Origin: an uncultured delta proteobacterium
GTDB taxonomy: Bacteria > Desulfobacterota > Binatia > UBA9968
Assembly (NCBI GenBank): GCA_963745835.1
Contig: CAVUZH010000008.1
Span: 1-64,000 of the forward strand
Reading direction: 5' to 3'
DNA length: 64,000 nt
The notes under the pieces are model-generated. The model was not told the origin of the DNA. It did not search any database and worked only from the letters and a program-made list of their open reading frames with translations. Shown in pieces: positions 1 through 10,259 of this stretch. The first letter of the stretch is position 1; the number at the start of each line of letters is the position of its first letter. The position numbers and the translations under genes are program-made.

Positions 1-699
1 GTGTACGACAGCGATTGCGGATTCCAGCATCGGATCAGATAGGTCCGGGTAGAAGGTTCCCACCTGGCGCGGCGTCAACATACCTTTGTAGATAATTGTG
101 CGATGAGACAAACTAGGGATGTAGAAAAAATCCGAGCCCGGCAGATTCGCATAGCGGATTGCATTTTCCGCACGGCGGCGGATCACGTACAACTTACGCT
201 CAAAAGCCATATCATCTTCGATTCCATTGCCACGACCGACAAAAACCTGTCGCACAAACGGTTCATAGAACTTGGCGGTTTCTCCCAGATAGAAATTATC
301 GGTCGGCACCTTGCGCCATCCCAACAGACGCTGTCCTTCGCCAGCAACGATTTCCTCGATAATTTTCGAGAACCGTTGGCGTTGTTCGCGATTGTCCGGC
401 AAAAACACCATGCCAACGCCATAGTCGCCGGCGTCCGGCAATTGAAAGCCCAAGCCCTCGCAAGTTCGCTTCAGGAATTCATGCGGTACTTGCAATAAGA
501 TACCGGCCCCATCACCGGTATTTTCCTCGCAACCGCACGCGCCGCGATGATCGAGATTTTCCAAAACTGTGAGCGCTTGTTCGATAATCTCGTGGGACTT
601 TTCACCCTTGATGTGTACGACAAAGCCCACGCCGCAAGCATCATGCTCGAAGCTGGGATCATAAAGCCCTTGCTTCGGTGGTAATCCGGATAATGTCAT
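1..699 (-). CDS. gltB: glutamate synthase large subunit, 5' part (runs off window start)
   Basis: Manual minus-strand translation from ATG 699: MTLSGLPPKQGLYDPSFEHDACGVGFVVHIKGEKSHEIIEQALTVLENLDHRGACGCEENTGDGAGIL..., the canonical GltB Ntn-amidotransferase N-terminus. GGAG upstream. Absent from the ORF track because it has no stop in the window. Confidence 0.96.
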   Translation of the reverse strand, partial: MTLSGLPPKQGLYDPSFEHDACGVGFVVHIKGEKSHEIIEQALTVLENLDHRGACGCEENTGDGAGILLQVPHEFLKRTCEGLGFQLPDAGDYGVGMVFLPDNREQRQRFSKIIEEIVAGEGQRLLGWRKVPTDNFYLGETAKFYEPFVRQVFVGRGNGIEDDMAFERKLYVIRRRAENAIRYANLPGSDFFYIPSLSHRTIIYKGMLTPRQVGTFYPDLSDPMLESAIAVVH

Positions 700-892
700 G
701 GGTTCACCTTTGCTCCATAAACTGCAACTTCGATACGAAACACTGAAATGACCATAGAGAAAAAGATGTGCAACGATGTCCAGCGAACCTGAAGAACACC
801 GACTCTCCTCTACTTTCGCGTCGTTTGGTGGATTTACAGCTCCAATTCTGATTCATTGTATGCCAAGCCCAAACCGAGTCAGTGCCGGTCAT

Positions 893-1378
893 TTACTTCC
901 TCTTTGAGTTTTGCGACTCCGTTAATCCTTGACTTAGGTCGAATATTTGGCTTTCTTTCGCGGTTGATAAAACCACTCTCGTTACTGTCCGAGTCACTCC
1001 TTCAACCGAGCGAATCTCGCCAAGCAACTTCTCCAATGACGTCGTATTCGCTGACTTAACTTTTAGAATGAAGCTTTCATCGCCGGTTATATGGTGACAT
1101 TCCAAAACATCTGGATTGCGCAACATCTGCGTTGCGAATTTGTCGATATCCCGCTGATTTCCAATAGACACGCCGATAAAGGCAGTGATGTCTTTGCCGA
1201 CTTTCTTCCCGTCAAGTAAGGCTTGGTATCCTTTGATGACGCCGTTCACCTCCAGCTTTTTGACACGCTCCAAAACGGCCGGGGCTGACAACTCAACCTC
1301 GTCGGCAATATCAGCGAGCCGAGATCGGCCGCTATTTTGAAGAATAGAAAGTATTTTTAAATCTATTTGGTCGAGCAC
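893..1378 (-). CDS. Lrp/AsnC family transcriptional regulator
   Basis: LDQIDLKILSILQNSGR...LSAPAVLERVKKLE wHTH followed by RAM domain (ECHHITGDESFILKV). Confidence 0.95.
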   Translation of the reverse strand: MLDQIDLKILSILQNSGRSRLADIADEVELSAPAVLERVKKLEVNGVIKGYQALLDGKKVGKDITAFIGVSIGNQRDIDKFATQMLRNPDVLECHHITGDESFILKVKSANTTSLEKLLGEIRSVEGVTRTVTRVVLSTAKESQIFDLSQGLTESQNSKRK

Positions 1379-1652
1379 AGCTAAAAATCTTAGGAAGAAT
1401 GGTGTCTAAACCTACGATTCTTATCTCAAAGGATCGAGGGTGTGTCAAGTCGCTCAAAAATAATTAGATGTTGAAAAGCGAAAGAGAGAATCGCACGAAG
1501 CTGACACGCGACATACTCGGCAGATGGGACTAGGAGAGAAAAGCCTACCGATATGATTAAGTAGGTTCTTTAGTGAGAAACGAGGGGCTTAGAAGGACCA
1601 CTGGAAGTTCAATATCTATCCTGCCAGCATGTTCTCGAAACATTCGCTAACA

Positions 1653-2318
1653 CTATATTGCAAACCCACTTTGAACCTCGGGATTCGAAGGGGCAAAACC
1701 CTCCTCAATCCAAGGACATTGAATAGTCAAAAATGGGTGCTCCGCAATTAATCTTTTTAGAATTTCCCGAGCACGGTCGTCGGTTGAGTCCAATTTGACC
1801 GCTTCGACCAATGCCCAAACCGCTGCAACTATATTTTGTTGTCCTTCAAGACTGATGCCCAGGTTTCGATAGGCGCTCGCGCGCCGCGCATCGATCTCTA
1901 TGGCCATCCGGCAGTGTTGTTCGGCATCTCTATACCGGCCCAGCTGATTCAAGCAATAACTCACGTTGTTATGTAAAACATAGCCAACTTTGGCCTTGAC
2001 CGGGTTGAATCGGAGCGCGGTGGCAAAGTGATTCAGCGCCGTTTCGATATGTTGCTCGTCCGTTGCAATCTGCCCCAACGCCAGATGACAATGCGCTTTT
2101 TGTTCTGGCTCCTTGGATGTTTCGAGGAATAATTGCAGCAGTGCTCGTGCCGAGTCTACCTTCTCAATGCCGCGGTAGAACGCTACCACAAAAAGCAACC
2201 AGCGAAAGTAGTCCTCTTCATTTTTACTATTTTGAAGGCGCTCGATCAGTAATCTTTCCGTTTCCTGCTTGGGCAACGGAAAGTTAGGGGGTAGTGGCCG
2301 TTTCAATGTTGCAGTCAT
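1653..2318 (-). CDS. tetratricopeptide repeat protein
   Basis: TPR-like helices (HLALGQIA, HNNVSYCLNQLGRY, AYRNLGISL). Confidence 0.85.
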   Translation of the reverse strand: MTATLKRPLPPNFPLPKQETERLLIERLQNSKNEEDYFRWLLFVVAFYRGIEKVDSARALLQLFLETSKEPEQKAHCHLALGQIATDEQHIETALNHFATALRFNPVKAKVGYVLHNNVSYCLNQLGRYRDAEQHCRMAIEIDARRASAYRNLGISLEGQQNIVAAVWALVEAVKLDSTDDRAREILKRLIAEHPFLTIQCPWIEEGFAPSNPEVQSGFAI

Positions 2319-2879
2319 GGTTGGGCGTGGAGCAACAGGCGGACCAATCCAAAGGGCATTGGATTGATCAGAAGGACCAAATTCTCGCTGCTTTCCACGA
2401 GCAAGAAGTATCGAAATGCTCTGTTAGCTCCGCGGCTACAGAAACGAGGCGAGCGGACCCGGTTTCGATCCACCGATCATAGGCCGAGGGCTGGAGATAT
2501 CGCGAGCTCTCCTCCATTTTCGCAGCCTAATTCCCGCAAACGATTTTTTGGACTACGCGTATCAAGATTCGAGGCCAGATGGACCGACCAACTTCCGGAA
2601 GAGTTTACCTGCTCCCGATTTCTTTCGCGTGACAACGTTGTTCAAAACTGGTTGACATTCGCTGTCAGAGTCGTTAGTGTAAGTTATCTTCTTCAGTATC
2701 GGGCCTTCTGGTAGAGGATAAAAATAGTTGAAGGCTCCTGTCAGTCTATCTCCTTGCGAACAGATACTATAGGACAATCCGATCAGAGTGTGGTTAGCAG
2801 TTTGTTCCCCATGTTCGGCTCCGTTAGCAGTCAATTTCTCAGGGTCAGAGACATCAACATTCTCTTATAGGAGGAGAAC

Positions 2880-3191
2880 ATGGGTAGCAAATTATATGTA
2901 GGTGGTTTGCCTTATTCGGTAACCGAAGGGCGACTCCAGGAAATTTTTTCGGCGCACGGAACGGTGGAATCAGCCAACGTGATTTCGGACAAGTTTACGG
3001 GACAATCACGCGGTTTTGGTTTTGTCGAAATGAGCTCGAGCAGCGAGGCCCAAAAGGCAATTGAAAGCCTGAACGGCACACAGCTCGATGGCCGCACGCT
3101 GACTGTCAACGAAGCCAAGCCTATGGCGAAGCGCGACAATAGCGGTGGCGGTGGTCGCGGTGGCCGAGACGGCGGACGCAACCGCTGGTAA
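2880..3191 (+). CDS. RRM RNA-binding protein with Gly-rich tail
   Basis: RNP2 LYVGGL, RNP1 RGFGFVEM, GGGGRGGRDGG tail; strong RBS AGGAGG. Confidence 0.97.
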   Translation: MGSKLYVGGLPYSVTEGRLQEIFSAHGTVESANVISDKFTGQSRGFGFVEMSSSSEAQKAIESLNGTQLDGRTLTVNEAKPMAKRDNSGGGGRGGRDGGRNRW

Positions 3192-3216
3192 TTCGCTGGC
3201 TACGTGCTGAGTAACG

Positions 3217-3251
3217 AAAGGGGCAACCGAATCGGTTGTCCCTTTTTTTTT
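3217..3251 (+). terminator. intrinsic terminator of RRM gene
   Basis: GGGGCAACCGA/TCGGTTGTCCC stem followed by T9. Confidence 0.9.
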
Positions 3252-3731
3252 GGCTGGATGCGCTTTCTATTCCTTGTAGATCATCTGCTCATAAAACGGC
3301 TTTCGAGCACCGCGCAACACTTAAGGTTTGCAGTCTTACCCTGTATCGTCTATTGCCATTCCAGTTGAATCAAAAATTCTAGCCGTAACACTCGGCGACA
3401 TGGAATCTGGAGGTATAGTTGTCGACAAACAGCGGGCCGAGAATGCCAGAGCCTTTAATCTGAATGCCAGCATTCAGGTAGAGAATCAAAAGGCTACATT
3501 AGCCGCGGTGGCACATGCTTACAAAGCGGCGAAGTCGATCGTGTGCGCCAGTCTATACAGATCCGGCGAAGCTCGAGATTTTAAGACCAAGCGTCGCGCT
3601 CATGCCGGCCAGCTGAACTTAGGCTCAAATTCGTCGTGAGATTAGTGAACCGATGACTCTCACCTTTAGGTTTAAAGATTAAAAATCTCTCCGTGCGGCA
3701 GAACTGCTCTTTGGCGGTTCTCAGCGCTGTT

Positions 3732-4799
3732 CTAGCTGCTGATCCCGTAAAAGCTCTTGGCGTTCTTTCCCAAGATCGCTTCTTTGTCATCTTGGCTCAA
3801 ATCCTCGCGTCCCAATAGGTGCTCGATTTCGATCCGGCATGATTGGGCGTCGAAGCTCTCATGCGGGAAATCCGTGGCAAAGACAAAAGAATGATTGCCG
3901 GCCTCGCTGACAGCATAGCCGAGGCCTCGATCATCGCCGTCGAAACCGACGAAGATATTGCCTGATTTGACGTGGCGCAGAAAATACTCGCGCGCGCTCA
4001 CCTCCGGATGTGAGCTGGGCAGGAATTCGCCGTCAATATCGACTTGCAAATGATGAGGATAGGATCGGTCCAGGCGGTCCATGAAAAACGGCACCCACGT
4101 GGCCCCTCCCTCGAGAAACCCGACGCGAAGCTTCGGAAAATGATCAAACACGCCGTACGACAACATCGCCGCCGCTTGCGCCATAATCCCGAAAGGATGG
4201 CCGAGCGCGTGGACGGCATAATACACGCCGAGCGTATCCATCCCGAGATGATGCAAGCTACCGACGTGAACCGCTAGCGGGCAACCTAACTTTTCCGCTT
4301 CCTCGTAAATCGGCCAGTAGATTTTCGAGCCGAAGTGACCTTTGATACCCTCGCCGTTGGACGGTAGCATTGCTCCGACCATCCCCAAGTCTTTGACCGC
4401 CCTTCGAAGTTCTTGCACGGCCGCTTCTGTATCCTGGATCGGGATCAAGGCAATCCCTTTAATTCTAGAACTTACGTTGGTGAATTTTTCGTAAAGCCAA
4501 CTATTGTAGGCGCGGCAGGCGGCAATCGCCCAATCCTCCGCGATGATCCGCCCCACCGCCAATCCCGCCGTGGGATAGACCACCGTCCAGTCGATGCCGG
4601 TTTCATCGAGAAAGTTTACCCATTCCTGAGGTCCCACAGTGGCGGTTCGCGATCGCTTCTCCCCGCCCTCGAGAAAATGAAAATGAATATGATCAAAAGC
4701 CGGGAACACCTGTGTGCGATTCCCCGGCGGCATGTACTTCGAAATTTCGTCCATACAAGGGCGATCGTTGACGTGTCCGTCGGCATCAATGATTTGCAT
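3732..4799 (-). CDS. amidohydrolase_2 family protein (decarboxylase/hydratase-like)
   Basis: IIDADGH, AVHVG, FLEGGATW, FATDFPHE motifs. Confidence 0.92.
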   Translation of the reverse strand: MQIIDADGHVNDRPCMDEISKYMPPGNRTQVFPAFDHIHFHFLEGGEKRSRTATVGPQEWVNFLDETGIDWTVVYPTAGLAVGRIIAEDWAIAACRAYNSWLYEKFTNVSSRIKGIALIPIQDTEAAVQELRRAVKDLGMVGAMLPSNGEGIKGHFGSKIYWPIYEEAEKLGCPLAVHVGSLHHLGMDTLGVYYAVHALGHPFGIMAQAAAMLSYGVFDHFPKLRVGFLEGGATWVPFFMDRLDRSYPHHLQVDIDGEFLPSSHPEVSAREYFLRHVKSGNIFVGFDGDDRGLGYAVSEAGNHSFVFATDFPHESFDAQSCRIEIEHLLGREDLSQDDKEAILGKNAKSFYGISS

Positions 4800-4990
4800 A
4801 ATTCATTCCTTTCAACTTCCACAACTCGGCTATAACAAGCGCGTTGAATACCTGTCAACGTCGGTTCCCCGACTAAACGCTTTTCGCGGTCCATGGCAGC
4901 ACGCTGAAACCGGCACACCAGCATTGACCCTGAAATTCATCCTATGTTAGACGGGATTCTGATTCGGTCGGTTAATCATGTGGAGGTTGA

Positions 4991-5995
4991 ATGAGAACGA
5001 GCACAATCGTGTTGACGGGTACTTGGTTTCTGTTCGCCGCGCAAGCTTTGGGTCAAAGCCCGGAACTCGTAGAGGCTGCTAAAAAGGAGGGAGGCAAAGT
5101 CATCATTTACGGCTCTCTCGAGACTCCGGTGGTAGAAGCCGTTATTCAAGCTTTCCGCAAGAAAACCGGTCTCGATGCGCAATACTGGCGCGCTTCGGCG
5201 ATGAGCGTCATGAACCGTTCCATGAGCGAATACCGTGCCGGCAATCCCATTTATGATGTCGTTCTGAACAATTCCGACCCGCTTTTGATCATGCATCAAG
5301 AAGGTATGATCGGGAAGTACGATTCCAAGGTCATGGAAAAGTATCCGAAGGATCAGATCGATCCACGGCTCGGACCCATCAGCCGCTATGGTATTGTGGG
5401 GGTGCTCTACAATAAGAGCCTGGTCAAGCCGGAAGACGCTCCCAAGGCACTGGAAGATTTGGTCCAGCCAAAATACAAAGGCATGTTAGTGATGGCCGAT
5501 CCGACTCTTCATGTCACGACAATTCAGTGGCTCAGCAGCTTGCATAAAGTGATGAGTAAGGACAAAGCCGACAAATACATTCGCGAGTTGGCCGCGATCA
5601 AACCGACCCTGGTGGAATCCATGCTTCCGGCGGGAGAGCGCGTCAGCACGGGGGAAATGCCTATAGCGGTTACTTTCGTGAAATATGCCTACACCGCCGG
5701 AAAAACCGGCGCGCCGCTCGATTATGTGCGGATCGAGAAAATGCTCGGCGACAGCCACTTCGCCGTCATGAGCAATAAAGCGCCGCATCCTAACGCGGCG
5801 AAGGCTTTCATCGACTATTACTTGGATGATGAGAGCATGAAGATTCTCGCTCAGAGCGGCGAGTTCGCCAATCGCAAAGGAATCTATCCGCCGCTAGCGG
5901 GCGCCGACAAGATCCAGTACGTCCAAATGGAAGTTCTTGACGCGAAAGCATTTGAAGATAAGAAAAAAGAATACGGCAAACTGTTTTTGCGGTAG
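4991..5995 (+). CDS. extracellular solute-binding protein (AfuA/FbpA-like, SBP_bac_6)
   Basis: Signal peptide; LVEAAKKEGGKVIIYGS; KAPHPNAAKAFIDY. Confidence 0.92.
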   Translation: MRTSTIVLTGTWFLFAAQALGQSPELVEAAKKEGGKVIIYGSLETPVVEAVIQAFRKKTGLDAQYWRASAMSVMNRSMSEYRAGNPIYDVVLNNSDPLLIMHQEGMIGKYDSKVMEKYPKDQIDPRLGPISRYGIVGVLYNKSLVKPEDAPKALEDLVQPKYKGMLVMADPTLHVTTIQWLSSLHKVMSKDKADKYIRELAAIKPTLVESMLPAGERVSTGEMPIAVTFVKYAYTAGKTGAPLDYVRIEKMLGDSHFAVMSNKAPHPNAAKAFIDYYLDDESMKILAQSGEFANRKGIYPPLAGADKIQYVQMEVLDAKAFEDKKKEYGKLFLR

Positions 5996-6027
5996 TCAAC
6001 CCAAAACAAATATGATTGTGTAAGCAT

Positions 6028-6492
6028 ATGACCAGAGCAAAGCGGACGCGACGAAGGTATTCAGTTAGAAACTCCCCTATCCATGGGCGCGGGGTCTTTG
6101 CGCTGACGCAAATTTCTAAGGGGACGCGAATTGTCGAATACAAAGGCGAATTAATCACCGATGACGAGGCAGACCGTAGGTATGCACATCTGCATGAGCA
6201 TTCACCCCACACGATGCTCTTCTCGCTCGATAATAATCTGGTAATCGACGCGACACGTCGCGGCAACTCCGCACGGTGGATCAATCACTCTTGCGCACCC
6301 AACTGCCAGGTCGAGGAAGAGGGCACCCGGATCTTTATTGACGCTCGCCGTGACATCCGTCCGGAAGAGGAACTTACCTACGACTACAATCTACAGCTGG
6401 GCGAACGGCATACCCGCGCGGCGAAACGAGCCCATGCTTGCTTCTGCGGCACGCGCCGATGTCGGGGTACAATGCTGGGAGAACGAATTTAA
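6028..6492 (+). CDS. SET-domain protein-lysine methyltransferase
   Basis: SPIHGRGVFA, RWINHSCAPN, EELTYDY, post-SET CFCGTRRCRG. Confidence 0.93.
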   Translation: MTRAKRTRRRYSVRNSPIHGRGVFALTQISKGTRIVEYKGELITDDEADRRYAHLHEHSPHTMLFSLDNNLVIDATRRGNSARWINHSCAPNCQVEEEGTRIFIDARRDIRPEEELTYDYNLQLGERHTRAAKRAHACFCGTRRCRGTMLGERI

Positions 6493-7056
6493 CTCCGCCG
6501 CTTGTACTCCGATGCTGTCAGGAAGAGCTGTCTTGAAGGACTCGTACTTGCGCTGCGCTCATTCGCAAGTCGAGCTTCTACCGGCCCAGACCGATCGCAT
6601 CATGATTGAGCAGTCTGAGCTCTTCAATCAACCATTTGTTTCCGCGCGACGTTGTGGCCCTTAGGGCGCAAAAAGAAGCCGATCGATCGAAGCAGCCATA
6701 ATTACGCTGGTATTGTTTTGGAACAAAATCGAATGAGCTGCCCTCCCCTACGCACCTTTGACAATGTTAACGATCAGCTGCTTGATCTGTGGAACCACCC
6801 CGCAATAAGACACTTGGCCTTATGAGCTGTCCGTTTCGCTGACAACAGCAGAACCATCAATTCAACAGCTGCGTCATTCTAGGCTGCTTTAGAACTGACT
6901 TCTCCAGAGCACCGCTCTAGTCGTTTTTGTCTATAAAACTTACCTGGATAGGCTTAATTGGATCGGCTGGGCTTATAATCCGTAGTTCTGAACTCCCAGA
7001 ACCGGAGAAATTCTTGGTGTTAGGATTCAACGATTGGAATACCTCAAACAGTATTT

Positions 7057-8238
7057 TTGTTCAGGGAACCCAATATGCTAGACTTTGTACCGGGTAACCT
7101 AGTGGCTAAACTTTTTCTCTCCGCACTTCTTCTGTTCTTTTCGGTTTCATGCGCAACGATCAGCACCGAAGCTCCGGAGCACGGTCAAGAATCCAGCAGA
7201 TTCATCGAGGGTTTCGAGTCGAGCTCTAATACTTTTGAGCGCCTGGCGGAAATTCAAGATCGCACTAAACCGATTGAGAATAGCTTCTCACTAAACTTCG
7301 GGCCGCAACTCTTAAATGTAAAGGCATCCTATCTTGAAAAGGCCGAATCGGCCCCCGCAATAACCCTCGATTCACCTCAGCCCAGCCTGCGGCGTTATCT
7401 GAAGTTAATGGGATCGACTTCCTTCGGCGGCACGAATCTGAGCGGCGAGGGCGAGCTGACCTACGGCTCAGCGAATACTGTCCCTGGCGACTGTGACTGT
7501 CTGAATTGGCCCCGGATGATGCGGTTGGGAATAAAATCCCGCTGGCAAGGGTTACGTTACGGGGTTGATTTGAAATCAGTAGAAAAAGGATTTGTTACGC
7601 TTTCGGGAAGCCAAAGCGCCGAGCAACGCGACGAGGGCCAGCTTTGGGGAGAATACAATCTCGGTCCTTTCAATCTGCGCGGTTCGGTTGCTGAGTCCTG
7701 GGAAGAGCTTCTAGATGCAAATCGCCATCGCGTCACTCGGGCGGCGACAACCGCCGTGCAATTGAACCGATCAGTGTGGAGCGGAACCCTAACATCAAGC
7801 TATGGACTGGTGGAACAAGGCCCGGATTTGAATCAGGAGACGACAGTCTTCAGCAATAGACTTGCTGGCTTATACCGTCCCTTTAGCGTGTTATCTCTAG
7901 GTCCGAGTATCGGTATAAAACATGAGTGGGATACAGTTACCGGTTATCGGACCGAATCCCCGATGACCGAATTTGCTATCGTTTATACGCCATTCCAGGA
8001 CAAATTCAGGTTGACAGGCGGCACCTCATTCACCAGAACCTTCAACCGATATGCTCTAACTGACGTTACGATTATTGGCACCCGAGCCATCATGGACTGG
8101 AAAATTGGCAACTTTCTCGGACGCGACGACACGCTCTCGTTTAATGTCAATTACAATCGGCAGCGCGATCTGATTGCGACGGGCAACTCCTTTGACCAGC
8201 TCTCCGGCATCCTACAGTTAAAAATCAGCGGATTTTAA
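7057..8238 (+). CDS. hypothetical exported protein, probable outer-membrane beta-barrel (possible lipoprotein)
   Basis: 393-aa ORF (start may be ATG 7075); LLLFFSVSC lipobox-like segment; alternating amphipathic strands; C-terminal Phe (LQLKISGF). Confidence 0.6.
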   Translation: MFREPNMLDFVPGNLVAKLFLSALLLFFSVSCATISTEAPEHGQESSRFIEGFESSSNTFERLAEIQDRTKPIENSFSLNFGPQLLNVKASYLEKAESAPAITLDSPQPSLRRYLKLMGSTSFGGTNLSGEGELTYGSANTVPGDCDCLNWPRMMRLGIKSRWQGLRYGVDLKSVEKGFVTLSGSQSAEQRDEGQLWGEYNLGPFNLRGSVAESWEELLDANRHRVTRAATTAVQLNRSVWSGTLTSSYGLVEQGPDLNQETTVFSNRLAGLYRPFSVLSLGPSIGIKHEWDTVTGYRTESPMTEFAIVYTPFQDKFRLTGGTSFTRTFNRYALTDVTIIGTRAIMDWKIGNFLGRDDTLSFNVNYNRQRDLIATGNSFDQLSGILQLKISGF

Positions 8239-8397
8239 AAGCTACACGCTGTTTGATCTGCAGCATCGGTATATCGCGTTCCGACACTGTCGAGTCGCGC
8301 CTTCGCAGACATTGCCGCAGGGCATCGGTCCAAAATAATCAGCATAGTGTCCGCTGCATCCACGCTTGTTGTTCGGTTGCGAATAAGCGGGTGAACT

Positions 8398-9798
8398 CTA
8401 GCGTATCTCGCGAGCATGCGGCATTGAGAAATAGATTGCGAGCATCGTTAGAGTCCCCAGAATACTCATCGAAGTGGCCGCCCAGCGAGCCCCGATTAAG
8501 GTTGACAGCGCGCCTATGAGCATCGCCCCGACAACCAGCACGACCTGAGTCATGTGAAATATCGCCATCGTCCGGCCGCGAAATTCGGCAGGCGAATAGG
8601 CTTGAATGACCGTCTGCACAAGCGCATGAGAGGTAACATGGCATAGTCCAATCAGAGCCATTACCGCGAGCGACAGCGCAAACGAGGATGACGCCGCGAA
8701 GATAACGACGAGCACGCCGTAAATTCCCACCCCGCCAATCATAACAATGCCTCTCGGCATTCGATCGCCCAACGAGGCTACGAGCACGGAGCTGAGCAAG
8801 GCACCCAAGCCCATCGAAGTAAGGAGCAGTCCTTGGCCCTTCGCTCCGACGGCGAGTATGTCTCGCGCAAAAACAGGGAGCAGCGTACTGAATGGGATTA
8901 GTAACAGCGAGGCAAATGTGACAACCAATAGCCCGGTGCGAACCTCATGATTTCGCCAGCTGAACTTCCATCCCTCGATGACGCTCTGGCCGAAAGATTC
9001 GCCGCCATGTGTGTAACCAGCGTTGCCAGCAGATAAGCGCTGCTCGGCTCGAAGCTTTAAAGTCCAAAAAGTGGCCAGAAAGAAAAATATCGCCTGTACG
9101 CTATACGATCCGGCGGTGCCAAAAACCGCAATCAGAACGCCCGCCACAGCGGGCCCGCCGGTTCGCGCGACATTGAAAACTATCGCATTGAGCCCGATAG
9201 CATTAATCAGAGATCCTGGCGGCACCGCATCCGAAATCATTGAAGCCCGGGAGGGTTGCTGGAATGTTTGGACAGTCGCCAGACCGATCGAGGTTGCATA
9301 GACATGCCATGCCTGAATGTCCCCCATAACGATCAACATGGCGACTGCGGCATACAACAGTCCATCCACGATCTGCGCAAACAGTACCTGCTTTTTACGA
9401 GAGTAAAGATCGGCCGTGCTGCCGGCTATCGGCGATAACAAAAGGATCGGCAGGGCTTGAACGCCGCGCACGAGACCGAGCTGAAACGATGAATTGGTCA
9501 ATTCATAGATCAGCCAACCACGGGCAACCGAATCCATCCATGTCGCCATGGAGGCAAACACCTGGCCATACCAAATCAGACGGAACTCGCGGTAGCGCAA
9601 CGATTCGAGCGCGCGCAATGCCAGCAACGCTTTGATCGGGTGCCGCAAAGGCCGCTCGCTTGAGGCGTCGCCAGTTTCCCCAATCGGCGCTTGTGCTCTT
9701 TTTTCGCCCGATGGATTCAGTAGGAGATCTCCAAGCTGGGCGAAGTACGATGAGTTGTTGTCAGAGCCTTCGCGCCAGACCGAAGCTATCACGCTCAA
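8398..9798 (-). CDS. MFS transporter (MFS_3/DHA3-like); start uncertain
   Basis: SLRYREFRLIWYGQ, AGSTADLYSRKK, ~12 TM segments. Confidence 0.92.
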   Translation of the reverse strand: MSVIASVWREGSDNNSSYFAQLGDLLLNPSGEKRAQAPIGETGDASSERPLRHPIKALLALRALESLRYREFRLIWYGQVFASMATWMDSVARGWLIYELTNSSFQLGLVRGVQALPILLLSPIAGSTADLYSRKKQVLFAQIVDGLLYAAVAMLIVMGDIQAWHVYATSIGLATVQTFQQPSRASMISDAVPPGSLINAIGLNAIVFNVARTGGPAVAGVLIAVFGTAGSYSVQAIFFFLATFWTLKLRAEQRLSAGNAGYTHGGESFGQSVIEGWKFSWRNHEVRTGLLVVTFASLLLIPFSTLLPVFARDILAVGAKGQGLLLTSMGLGALLSSVLVASLGDRMPRGIVMIGGVGIYGVLVVIFAASSSFALSLAVMALIGLCHVTSHALVQTVIQAYSPAEFRGRTMAIFHMTQVVLVVGAMLIGALSTLIGARWAATSMSILGTLTMLAIYFSMPHAREIR

Positions 9799-9965
9799 AG
9801 ACGAGACGTCTAGTTGGCCAAGGCTCAGTCAAACAGTCCAACTGGCATTGGCCGCAAACCTCAAAGCTGATCTCTTAACTTCTGGAATCGATCGCTGACA
9901 ATTTGGTGGAACTAGAAACCAAGCGTTCACGAGCGCTGAATCACCGGCGCAATTTGCGCGTCCAA

Positions 9966-9982
9966 TTGGCGCCTCCTTTGCG
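9966..9982 (+). promoter_or_regulatory. putative sigma-54 (-24/-12) promoter
   Basis: TTGGCGC-CTCCT-TTGCG matches TGGCAC-N5-TTGC; ~40 nt upstream of RBS AAAGGAGA and ATG 10023. Confidence 0.6.
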
Positions 9983-10022
9983 AAACAGTGTCCTTATCAC
10001 TAAACCTAAAGGAGACTCTACT

Positions 10023-10259
10023 ATGGATAAGCATATCGCGATGGGCGTTTTCGTCGGCAGCGAGGCCGTCTTGCCGCTATCGAAGCGATGGTGGCCGCGA
10101 AGATACCGCCGGTGGTTTTGTACTACTGGCGTCCGGTTTGGCTGCCGGCCTGTGTATCGGCGGCTTGATCGTTGCGGCTTCGCCATACTCGCAGCGGAAG
10201 AGAAAGGAAAGGAAGAAGTCGTCGCGCACAGCCGAAGCGCGGCACGCGTGGCGGCGTAA
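10023..10259 (+). CDS. small probable membrane protein (~79 aa), apparently with three compensating single-base frameshifts
   Basis: Strong RBS. Stitching frames gives MDKHIAMGVFVGSEAV-AAIEAMVAA-DTAGGFVLLASGLAAGLCIGGLIVA-FAILAAEEKGKEEVVAHSRSAARVAA. Confidence 0.5.
   Translation: MDKHIAMGVFVGSEAVLPLSKRWWPRRYRRWFCTTGVRFGCRPVYRRLDRCGFAILAAEEKGKEEVVAHSRSAARVAA

Noticed and set aside
103-498. 131-aa + strand ORF and other short ORFs in 159-662
   Set aside because: Antisense or alternate-frame shadows of gltB
2294-2834. Overlapping ORFs between the TPR and RRM genes
   Set aside because: No RBS or recognisable motifs; probably a divergent promoter/UTR region
3328-3639. 103-aa ORF after the RRM terminator
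   Set aside because: TTG start, no RBS, no motif; cannot be supported
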